64,000 nucleotides of DNA, taken from positions 1 through 64,000 of the forward strand of contig JBBRLJ010000003.1 of assembly GCA_038231435.1 (NCBI GenBank), in the 5' to 3' direction. Each line of letters opens with the position of its first letter. Positions within the stretch are counted from its first letter, which is position 1. This document shows, piece after piece, positions 29,477-38,275 of this stretch. Position numbers and translations under genes: made by a program. Under the pieces are notes generated by a model that ran no database searches, was not told the DNA's origin, and saw only the letters and a program-made list of their open reading frames with translations. The stretch comes from Planctomycetota bacterium. Lineage in GTDB: Bacteria; Planctomycetota; UBA11346.

Positions 29477-32400
29477 ACGACGCGCAAGGATGGCATGTCG
29501 CCCTGGTCGGGCTGCCCTGGTGGCTGGTGCTCCCTGCCGCTACACTCTTGGCCTGGGTGCTGGTGCGCCTCCAAGCGCGCGAGACCTCGCACCTGCCCCC
29601 GCGTGCCGGCTTGGTCCTGCGCGCGCTGCGCGCGGCAGCCGCGGTGGCGGTGGTGATCCTACTGCTCGAGCCGACGCTCAGTCGCGACATCGCCAAGAGC
29701 GAGCTGCCAGCGGTCGCGGTGATGGTGGACACCTCGGGATCCATGGCTGCCGCCGATGCGCGGATGGCCGCCGTGCACCGCCTCGACGAGGCGATCGCCC
29801 TGGGCCTGGTCCCCGCCGAGTTGCGGCCCGACCTGTCGCGACGCGCGGCGCGCGAACTGATCTCGCTCGACGAGGACTACGACGCCATGACCGCCGCGCT
29901 CGCGGCCCAGGAGGATGCGCGACGGCGCGGCGACTCGTCGGCGCAGGGCGGCAGGATCCAGGCGGGAGTCGCGGCCAAAGGGCGCCCCGTGGATTTGTGC
30001 GCGCAGCATCTCGAACGCACCAGGGCGTTCTCGAAGGATCTCGCCGGCACCCAGGAGTTCTCGGACCACTTCCACGCCCAGGAGGCGCTGCTCGAACGCC
30101 TGATCAAGGCGCTCTCGGTGAATCGCGGCGAGGTCGTCGACACCGCGCTCGCTGCCGATGTCGCGTCGTTCCGCGAGCGGGTGCGCGCGCTCGCGGGCAA
30201 GCTGGAGGCCGCGCAAGCCGCGGCGGACTCCGCCCTGGTCGCGGGGGCCGAGAAGGGATCGCCGGTGGCCGGCGGACTCGCCACACTCGGCGCCATGTCG
30301 CGCTACGAGCGAGCACGCGCGATCGTCGAGCGGTCGATCATGCCAGCGCTGGCCGGCAAGGCCGAGATCACGGTCATGCCCATGCTCGACCACGGCGACG
30401 ATCACCCGGACCTGGGCAAGATGACGCCGTCGGGCAGCACCAACTTCGCCGACGCCCTGTCGTACCTCGCTCGCGAATGGCCGCGGAATGGCGAGGCCCA
30501 CGTCGGCGGCGTCATCCTGGTTTCCGATGGGCGTCAGACCGCTGGCGGCGACGCGCTGCCAGCGGTGCGCTCGCTGGCGGCGCGCGGTGCTCGGGTCGCC
30601 GGCGTGGTGGTCGGCGATCCCGATGCTCCACGCGACGCGGTGGTGGCAGAACTCGGCGGCGCCGCCGAGGTGTTCAAGGGGGAGACCGTGCGACTCGATG
30701 CTCGATTGCGGATCACCGGCTATGACCAGGCCGATTGGGATCTGATCCTGACCCGCGACGGACTCGAGATCGAACGACGCAACGTCCGCGGCACCGGGGC
30801 ATGGCAGACCGAGCGCTTCGAACGCCCCGATCAGGAACCCGGCCTGCACACCTGGCAGGTCAGGCTCGAACGCGCTGGCGCGGCGGCGAGCGCGGTCAGG
30901 GCGGGCGGCGGGCTGACCCGCGAGGTCTGGACGGGGCTGCCGGGCACCTCGGTCCATGAGATGCTCGAGCAGTCGTCGCGCAAACCCGTCGAGTCCTCGC
31001 GCATCGGCGATGCGTCCACCGCCGATCCGCGAGAGAACTACGGAGAGCGGTTGCGAGGTTACATCCTTCCGCCCGCGAGCGGACCCTACGTGTTCTGGAT
31101 CAGCAGCGACGACGGCTCCGACCTGCGCCTGTCACCGAGCCGGGATCCGAGGGAGGCCAAGTCCATCGCCACCGTTCCCGACTGGGTGCCCGAGAACATC
31201 TGGGACAAGTACGAATCCCAGCACTCGCAGCCGGTCTCGCTCGAAGCCGGCAAGGCCTATTACATCGAGGTGCTGCACAAGCAGGGGCTCGGCGGCGCGC
31301 ATCTGGCGATCGGCTGGCAGATGCCGGACAACAAGCTCGAGCGCCCGATTCCACGCACGCGATTAGCTCCCGCGGCCGATGCCGCGAAAGCCGAGGACAA
31401 TGCGAATTCTCGCGACGATCTGCCCGAGGCCAGCATGACGAACAACCAGGCCGACTGCACCGTCGCCGTGGTCGACGACCCGCTGAAGGTGCTGCTCATC
31501 GATTCCGCGCCGCGCTGGGATGCGCGGTATCTGGTGAGCATGTTCGAACGCGACCGGCGCGTGCAGGTGGATCGGCGGTATCGTTCGGTGCTACTGGCGC
31601 GTGGCGGTCACGAGCTGCTGCCGCCGACTCAAGGTCAGCTCGACGCATTCGACATCGTGGTGCTGGGCGACCTGACCGCCGCCGAGATCCCACCAGAGGA
31701 CCAGACACGCCTCGAGAAGTTCGTCTCCAATCGCGGCGGATTCCTGGTGTGCATGAGCGGGCCCCGCGGCATGCCGGCGAGCTTCGGTCTCGGTGGCATC
31801 GCCAACGTGCTGCCAGTGCGGGCCGGAACCACCGCGACGGTGACACCCCAGGCGGTAACCGCGTCGCTTCCCGAGCGTGACGCGGCGCGCGGTGCCGCGC
31901 TCGACTCCGCGATCACCACCGTGCTCGACGATCCCGCCCTCAATCGCAAGCTGTGGCCAGCGCTCCCGGCCCTGCAATGGTCGCTTCCCGGTATCACCAC
32001 CAAGCCAGGTTCGGACGTGCTGCTGGTATCGCAGGGGGCAGTCGCGAATCCGCTGGCGGCGGTCTGCCGCTACGGCGCCGGGCGGGTCTTGTGGATGGGC
32101 ACCGATGAGACCTGGCGCTGGCGCGATCGGCTCGGCGACCGCGTGCATCAGGCCTTCTGGCTGCAGGCGGTGCGCTGGGGGCTCGGCAGCCGGCTGCGCG
32201 GCAAGGATCCACGCCTGCAGGTGGCTGTCGACCGCATGCTCATCGAGCCCGGCGAAACCGTGGAACTGCGCGCTCGCGCGCGTACCTCTGCCGGCTTGGT
32301 CGTCACCGAGCCACCGCAGGCCCACGTGCGCAAGATCGACGACGACGGCAAGCCCGTCCCGGGCAGTGAACAGACCCTGGCGTTACGCGCGCTTCCCGAT

Positions 32401-32778
32401 GCCGAGGGCTTGTTCCACGCGGGTATCGCCAACCTCGGGGAAGGGCGATGGCAGTTGACCGTGAGCAGCGACCATCCCGAGCTGAGCGGATTGACCGAGG
32501 TCCGCGATGTGCTGGTGCGCACGCGCGCCAGCCTCGAGGGCGTCGAACTTGCCGCCGATCCTGCGAACCTGGCGCGCCTCGCGGCGGCCGGCGGTTTCCA
32601 TGCGAGCGGCATGCCCGAGGCAGCGGCGTTGGCCAAGGAGTTGGCCACGAACCTGGTGCCGACGATCACCCGCTCCCGTACCGTATGGCGTCTATGGGAC
32701 GGTTACGGGGTGCTGGTAGCCGTGGTCGGCCTGCTGAGCCTCGAATGGCTGTGGCGCAAGCGTCAGGGACTGCCCTGA
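29473..32778 (+). CDS. Membrane VWA protein with PA14 and glutamine-amidotransferase-like domains
   Basis: DTSGSM/LVSDG, PA14-like Y.F.ISSDDGS.L...YYIEVLHKQG.G, YGAGRV...ETWRWR, C-terminal EWLWRKRQGL; GTGA overlap. Confidence 0.85.
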   Translation: MNDAQGWHVALVGLPWWLVLPAATLLAWVLVRLQARETSHLPPRAGLVLRALRAAAAVAVVILLLEPTLSRDIAKSELPAVAVMVDTSGSMAAADARMAAVHRLDEAIALGLVPAELRPDLSRRAARELISLDEDYDAMTAALAAQEDARRRGDSSAQGGRIQAGVAAKGRPVDLCAQHLERTRAFSKDLAGTQEFSDHFHAQEALLERLIKALSVNRGEVVDTALAADVASFRERVRALAGKLEAAQAAADSALVAGAEKGSPVAGGLATLGAMSRYERARAIVERSIMPALAGKAEITVMPMLDHGDDHPDLGKMTPSGSTNFADALSYLAREWPRNGEAHVGGVILVSDGRQTAGGDALPAVRSLAARGARVAGVVVGDPDAPRDAVVAELGGAAEVFKGETVRLDARLRITGYDQADWDLILTRDGLEIERRNVRGTGAWQTERFERPDQEPGLHTWQVRLERAGAAASAVRAGGGLTREVWTGLPGTSVHEMLEQSSRKPVESSRIGDASTADPRENYGERLRGYILPPASGPYVFWISSDDGSDLRLSPSRDPREAKSIATVPDWVPENIWDKYESQHSQPVSLEAGKAYYIEVLHKQGLGGAHLAIGWQMPDNKLERPIPRTRLAPAADAAKAEDNANSRDDLPEASMTNNQADCTVAVVDDPLKVLLIDSAPRWDARYLVSMFERDRRVQVDRRYRSVLLARGGHELLPPTQGQLDAFDIVVLGDLTAAEIPPEDQTRLEKFVSNRGGFLVCMSGPRGMPASFGLGGIANVLPVRAGTTATVTPQAVTASLPERDAARGAALDSAITTVLDDPALNRKLWPALPALQWSLPGITTKPGSDVLLVSQGAVANPLAAVCRYGAGRVLWMGTDETWRWRDRLGDRVHQAFWLQAVRWGLGSRLRGKDPRLQVAVDRMLIEPGETVELRARARTSAGLVVTEPPQAHVRKIDDDGKPVPGSEQTLALRALPDAEGLFHAGIANLGEGRWQLTVSSDHPELSGLTEVRDVLVRTRASLEGVELAADPANLARLAAAGGFHASGMPEAAALAKELATNLVPTITRSRTVWRLWDGYGVLVAVVGLLSLEWLWRKRQGLP

Positions 32779-33049
32779 TCCAGCGTCTGCAGCCTGCCGC
32801 CTCCATGTGGGCCGCAGTCATTCTCAGACTAGCCGGACAGCCCGCCCGAAAGTCAGCTACGCCGGGGCACGCTGACGCACGGCGCCACCAAGCGTAGCTC
32901 GCCGCTGGCTCATCACGCATGTGAAGGATCGCCGTATTTCGCTGCCGATGCAGGTGTGGATCAGGGTAGAATGCGCCGCTGACACGGCCAGCTGCCACCA
33001 TCGCCACATACTGCTGCAGATCGGTTGCAGACGAACTCCGGAGGTTCCA

Positions 33050-34555
33050 ATGACACGCGCCCACCGCCTTCCCATCACCTGCTCACTGCTGGCAGCCCTC
33101 GGGCTGGCGGCTTCCGCCACGGCTGCTGATCGGGACCACGCTCAGATGTGCTCGATGGGTGCCTGCGATGATTCCGGCAGGCCATCCGCATCGAGCGCAT
33201 CGAGCGCATCGAGCGATTTCCGCGCCGCTCACATGAGTGATGGCAAGGACCGCACAGTCTCGGCCAAGGCGGACGTCACCAGTCCAGGAAATCGGGCGAC
33301 GGGGCGGCACGGTCATGCCGGGCCGGGCTACTCTGAGTCGGGTTACGCCGGAGATGCGGGCCACGCTGGAGATGAGGGCTACGCTGAAAATCGCACGGCC
33401 ATGACCGTTCACCCCCCTCTGACGCAGAGGGCCGCCAACATGCGCGACAACAAGGATGCCACCACCTCTGCCAAGGGTGCCGATGACTGGATCGCCGCCC
33501 GCCATGGCGCGGTCCACGAATCAGCCATGGTTGCCGATCTCGGTGAGTTTCGCGCAGCCAACATGGCTGATCACAAGACCAGCCTGGAGCCGAAGGCCGA
33601 GGCCAGGGGCGAGGAGACTGGGATCGGATCCAGCCGAGAGCGAGCAGCTGCGGGATGGCAGTCCGGCTTGGTACTGAACCCGGAATCCGTTTCGGAAGGT
33701 CCGATCACCGATGCATCCGCCACCGAGGCCCGGATCGCCACTGGTCCGGATTCGTCTGCGCCTGCGGCTCCAGCGACGAGGCACGAACAGGGACTCTGGA
33801 ACAGCGGACACGATGCCGACGTGAGCCAAGCGCCCGCGGCGGTCCAAGCGACCATCGCCCGCGAGGCGGCGGGCCGAGACCTCCATACGCTATCGGCCAA
33901 GGTCGAGAACGGACGGACGATCTACGACGCCCGTATCGCGCGACCTGGCGACGATGAACTCCGCCTGAAGGTCGCCGAGGATGGTTCCATCGTCTGGCGG
34001 AACGATCTGAAGGAGCAGGCCACGGCTCCGCTGATCCAGCCCACGGACACGAGCAGTGGATCGACGTCGACGACGGTGGCTCCCGCGGGGCCGATGAAGG
34101 CCGCGGATGAGCAGCAGGCGATCGGCCACGCCTCTGGCTCGGGGAGCTCCGGTTCCTCGACCGGTGCGGATCCCTCGCACTCGACTCCCGCCGATCAGTC
34201 GCGCCAGGATCCTTCGACCGCGCGCGCGAACGCCGAAGTGGATGAGGCGAAGATGAGTTCACTCGACACCAGCGACACCAGCGGCAATGGAGTCCACGAT
34301 GCCCATGCGGTGCCGGCCGCCACGGACACCGACGGCTGGTTGGGCTTGGGCTCGGGCAACCGCGTGGCCATCGAGGAGGTGCCGAAAGCGGTGAAGGATG
34401 CGATCCTGCGCGAAGCCGACGGCAAGGCGATCTCGCGCATCGACCGGGACAGCGAGCAGGGCAAGACCATCTACAAAGCGCGCATCCGCGTAAACGATGG
34501 CAAGGACTTGAAGCTCAAGTTCGCCGAGGACGGCACGGTCGTCTCGCGGAAGTAG
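33050..34555 (+). CDS. Secreted low-complexity protein with two PepSY-like domains
   Basis: GGAGG RBS, signal peptide, two P.AV...I.REA.G......G.TIY.ARI.....L.LK.AEDG repeats. Confidence 0.75.
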   Translation: MTRAHRLPITCSLLAALGLAASATAADRDHAQMCSMGACDDSGRPSASSASSASSDFRAAHMSDGKDRTVSAKADVTSPGNRATGRHGHAGPGYSESGYAGDAGHAGDEGYAENRTAMTVHPPLTQRAANMRDNKDATTSAKGADDWIAARHGAVHESAMVADLGEFRAANMADHKTSLEPKAEARGEETGIGSSRERAAAGWQSGLVLNPESVSEGPITDASATEARIATGPDSSAPAAPATRHEQGLWNSGHDADVSQAPAAVQATIAREAAGRDLHTLSAKVENGRTIYDARIARPGDDELRLKVAEDGSIVWRNDLKEQATAPLIQPTDTSSGSTSTTVAPAGPMKAADEQQAIGHASGSGSSGSSTGADPSHSTPADQSRQDPSTARANAEVDEAKMSSLDTSDTSGNGVHDAHAVPAATDTDGWLGLGSGNRVAIEEVPKAVKDAILREADGKAISRIDRDSEQGKTIYKARIRVNDGKDLKLKFAEDGTVVSRK

Positions 34556-34562
34556 CTTTCTG

Positions 34563-34645
34563 TTGGGGGGCTACGGCCCCCCAACATCACTGTCGGTTGG
34601 GGGGCTACGGCCCCCCAACATCGGCCTTCGGCCTGCCCCCCGGGA
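34563..34645 (-). repeat. Family 2 elements (partial 34563-34588, full 34597-34645)
   Basis: Reverse complement of the 5614 element with GCGC-GGA-GCGC replaced by GGCC-GAA-GGCC. Confidence 0.85.
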
Positions 34646-34700
34646 GGCGGGGAGAAGCAGGGTTTGGAGCAGGCACCTGGAGCGCTGCTCGGCGCGAAAG

Positions 34701-36203
34701 TCAGGTCAGGCCGAAATCGAAGAATCTGGCGGCGTTGCGGTAGCAGATGTCGGTGACCATGTTGCCGACCAGGTCGAGGTCGTCGGGGAGCAGGCCGGCC
34801 TCCATTTCGCGACCCAGTGTGGCGCAGAGGATGCGCCGGAAGTATTCATGGCGGGTGTAGCTGAGGAACGAGCGTGAATCGGTGAGCATGCCGACGAAGC
34901 GGCTGAGCAGGCCCATGTTCGAGAGTGCGTCGAGCTGGCGCTCCATGCCGTCTTTCTGGTCGAGGAACCACCAGCCGCTGCCGAACTGGATCTTGCCCGC
35001 GATGCCGCCGCCCTGGAAATTGCCGATCATGGTGGCGATCATCTCGTTATCGCGCGGATTGAGATTGTAGATGATGGTCTTCGCCAGCTGGTCGGTGCCA
35101 TCGAGCCGGTCGAGCAGGCGAGACAGCGGCTGGGCGTAGTTCGCGTCGCCGATCGAGTCATAGCCGTGGTCGGGACCGAGCGCGCGGAACATGCGCGAGT
35201 TGTTGTTGCGCATCGCGCCGATGTGGAACTGCTGCACCCAGCCCTTGGCGTGATCCATGAGCGCCCACTCGTGGAGCATCGCGGACTTGAAGCGCGCAGT
35301 CTCGTCGCGCGACGGCTGGTTCCCCGAGCGCGCTTTGGCGAAGATCGTTGCGATCTCCGACTCGGTGTACGGCTCGGCGTAGACCGTGTCCAAGCCGTGG
35401 TCGGACAGACGGCAGCCGTTCGCGTGGAAGAAATCGTGACGCGCGCGCAACGCGGCCATGTAGTCGGCGTGGGTGCGAATCGGGATCTTCGCCACAGCCG
35501 CGAGCCGATCGAGCCATTCGTTGAACATCGGCACCTGGTCCACCGCCATGCCCTTGTCCGGGCGCCAGGTGGGGCGGACCTGCACGCTGAAAGCGCGGTC
35601 GCGTGCGATCGCTTGGTGGTGCTCGAGCGAGTCGATCGGATCATCGGTGGTGCAGACGACGCGTACGTCCATGCGCTCCATGATGCCGCGCGCGCTGAAA
35701 CCCGGTCGGGCGAGCTGCTCGTTGCAGCGTTGCCAGACCGATGTCGCGGTGTCGGGGCCGAGCAGTACATCCGTCACCCCGAAGGGCCGCTTCAGCTCGA
35801 GATGGGTCCAGTGGTAGAGCGGATTGCGCAAGCACTTCGGCACGGTCTCGGCCCAGCTGCTGAACTTGTCGCGATCGCTGGCGTCGCCGGTGATGCGGCG
35901 TTCGGGGATGCCGTTGGCGCGCATCGCTCGCCACTTGTAATGGTCGCCCGCCAGCCAGATGGCGGTGAGATTCTCGAAACGCCGGTCGCTCGCGATCTGG
36001 TCGGGCGGCAGATGGCAATGATAGTCGATGATCGGCTGGCCTTCGGCGTACTCATGGTAGAGGCGTTGCGCACGGCGGTTCGGGAGCAGGAACTGCTGCG
36101 TGATGAACACATGCTTTTTGCCTGACTTCGCCAGGGTGCTCCCTGGGGTGGCTTTCCGTGGCCGTGGGCTGCGTCGGGCGGTTCTCGGTGCTGGGCGGGC
36201 CAT
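34701..36203 (-). CDS. uxaC: Glucuronate isomerase
   Basis: PIIDYHCHL, GDHYKWRAMR, NPLYHWTHLEL, GSGWWFLD, GMLTDSRSFLSYTRHEYFRR; AAGGAG RBS. Confidence 0.96.
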   Translation of the reverse strand: MARPAPRTARRSPRPRKATPGSTLAKSGKKHVFITQQFLLPNRRAQRLYHEYAEGQPIIDYHCHLPPDQIASDRRFENLTAIWLAGDHYKWRAMRANGIPERRITGDASDRDKFSSWAETVPKCLRNPLYHWTHLELKRPFGVTDVLLGPDTATSVWQRCNEQLARPGFSARGIMERMDVRVVCTTDDPIDSLEHHQAIARDRAFSVQVRPTWRPDKGMAVDQVPMFNEWLDRLAAVAKIPIRTHADYMAALRARHDFFHANGCRLSDHGLDTVYAEPYTESEIATIFAKARSGNQPSRDETARFKSAMLHEWALMDHAKGWVQQFHIGAMRNNNSRMFRALGPDHGYDSIGDANYAQPLSRLLDRLDGTDQLAKTIIYNLNPRDNEMIATMIGNFQGGGIAGKIQFGSGWWFLDQKDGMERQLDALSNMGLLSRFVGMLTDSRSFLSYTRHEYFRRILCATLGREMEAGLLPDDLDLVGNMVTDICYRNAARFFDFGLT

Positions 36204-36358
36204 GGCGACTCCTTGCGGGGGATGCAAGGGTCGCTGCGGAACCGGCACAGACAAGGCCGTGCGGCGCGGTGCGGAGCGAGATTGGGTCTTTATTAAGCGA
36301 CCAGGGGCATAGCCTCTTCGCCTTCCCCTGGGGCGGGTCGCCGACGGGATGGAGCGGT

Positions 36359-38275
36359 ATGACCGAGTCTTTCGTGGCGGACGTGGTGGACGCGGTGGCT
36401 TCCGTCCCAGCCGCGGGACGCAGCGCGGTGCTGCCTTCGCCGATGCCAGTGGTCGCGCTGCCGCCAGCGGCCGGCGCGTCGGTCCAGGTGTTGAAAGTAG
36501 CCCCTCCTCTGCGGGCATGGTCCGCGGCGTGGTCATCCCACCTGACGCCCTTGGCTCTGGCCGGATTGATGTGGGCGGCGCTGCTCGGAGTCGGATTGGC
36601 GTTCAGGCCGGTGATGCCGATGGACGAGACGCGCTACCTGACCATCGCCTGGGAGATGTGGACGGGCGGCGACCATCTCGTGCCGCACCTGAATGGACAG
36701 CCGTACGCGCACAAGGGACCGCTGCTGTTCTGGCTGGTCAACGCGGCGTGGATGGTGACGGGCGTCTGCGACTGGTCGGCGCGACTGGTGTCGCCGCTGT
36801 TCGGCCTGGGCTGTCTGCTGCTCACCTCCCGCCTCGGCGCCATGCTGTGGCCCGACCTTCCTCACGTGCGGCGCTACGCTCCGTTGGTGCTCGCGGGCGG
36901 CGCCTTCTGGAGCGTGTTCTCCACCCTCACCTACTTCGACACGCTGGTCACGTTCTTCTCCTTGCTCGGAGCGTGCGGCATCGTCCAGGCATGGCGCGGC
37001 AACGCCTGGCTGGGCTGGCTCCAACTCGCGCCCGCCATTGGGCTCGGATTGCTGACGAAGGGGCCGGTCATCCTCGTGCACCTCGCGCCGATCGCCTTGT
37101 TGGCTCCCTGGTGGACGCGTGGCTCCGCGCAGGGCCAGCTGCGCGGAGCGCGCTGGCTGGCCGGAATCACGGCGTGCCTGGCGGTGGGCATAGCGATGGC
37201 CCTGGCGTGGGCGTTGCCCGCGGCGCGCGCGGGCGGTGCCGAATACGAGCATAGCATCTTCCTCGGACAGACCGCCGATCGAGTGGTGAGTTCGTTCGCC
37301 CATCCCCAGCCGTTCTACTGGTATCTGCTCGTGCTGCCGGTGATGCTGTTCCCTTGGGCGTTCTGGGTGCCGTTATGGCGCACCGCCGTGGTCGCATTGC
37401 GAGGCACGTGGTCGCGAGCGCCCGTGCCCGCACGCGACGCCGGCGTGATCGAGATGATGCGCGAGCCGGGAGTTCGCGCATGCCTGTGCTGGGTCGGATG
37501 CGTGCTGGGGATCCTGAGCCTGGTCAGCGGCAAGCTGCCGCATTACCTCATGCCGATCCTTCCCGCGTGCTCACTGCTGATGGCCCGCGCCCTACCCTTG
37601 TGCCGCATCGATCGGCCGCGCCTGGCTCAGCTACCGGTGGCCCTCACGCTCATGCTCGTCGGCGCGGTCGCCGCTGCTCTTGCGATCATCGATCCGCCCG
37701 CGTTTCCGGACTGGGTACACCGCATTCCGGCGTCCGCTGGCACCTCGCTGTTCGTGGTCGGCGGCGTGCTGCTGGTCTTCCGCTTCTCCGATCCGTTCGC
37801 CTGGGTGATCGCCGCCACGGTGGCGATGGCCGCCGTGGTGATGTCCGCGCACGCCACCACCAGCCGCGGCGTCCGCACCGCATACGATCTCGCGCCCATG
37901 GCCGAGCGCATCGCCGCCTGCGAACACGCGGGGATCAAGGTCTCGTTCCTCGGCCTCTACCATGGCGAGTACACCTACCTCGCACGCCTCGCCAAACCGT
38001 TGCCACGGATCGAATGGCGCGAGGCGCGCCGTTGGGTGTTCGCACACCCCGGGGAAGCTTTCGTCGCCGTCTACCGCGACGAAGCGATGACCGCGCTCGG
38101 CGACCCTTCGTTCATCCAGGATTTCCGCGGCAAGAATCGCGTCGGCCTGTGGTATGCCGACGAGGTACGCGCCAACGCTTTGGCGCACCCGCCTCTGGAT
38201 CTCGGGCCAGGCTACATCTTCGATCGCGACGCCGCCCTCGATACGGGCAGACGGACGGATGCCGAACAACCCTGA
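36359..38275 (+). CDS. ArnT/PMT-like GT-C glycosyltransferase
   Basis: DETRY..IAWEM, LVPHLNG.PY.HKGPL, LTKGP, H.QPFYWY, GKLPHYLMP. Confidence 0.88.
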   Translation: MTESFVADVVDAVASVPAAGRSAVLPSPMPVVALPPAAGASVQVLKVAPPLRAWSAAWSSHLTPLALAGLMWAALLGVGLAFRPVMPMDETRYLTIAWEMWTGGDHLVPHLNGQPYAHKGPLLFWLVNAAWMVTGVCDWSARLVSPLFGLGCLLLTSRLGAMLWPDLPHVRRYAPLVLAGGAFWSVFSTLTYFDTLVTFFSLLGACGIVQAWRGNAWLGWLQLAPAIGLGLLTKGPVILVHLAPIALLAPWWTRGSAQGQLRGARWLAGITACLAVGIAMALAWALPAARAGGAEYEHSIFLGQTADRVVSSFAHPQPFYWYLLVLPVMLFPWAFWVPLWRTAVVALRGTWSRAPVPARDAGVIEMMREPGVRACLCWVGCVLGILSLVSGKLPHYLMPILPACSLLMARALPLCRIDRPRLAQLPVALTLMLVGAVAAALAIIDPPAFPDWVHRIPASAGTSLFVVGGVLLVFRFSDPFAWVIAATVAMAAVVMSAHATTSRGVRTAYDLAPMAERIAACEHAGIKVSFLGLYHGEYTYLARLAKPLPRIEWREARRWVFAHPGEAFVAVYRDEAMTALGDPSFIQDFRGKNRVGLWYADEVRANALAHPPLDLGPGYIFDRDAALDTGRRTDAEQP

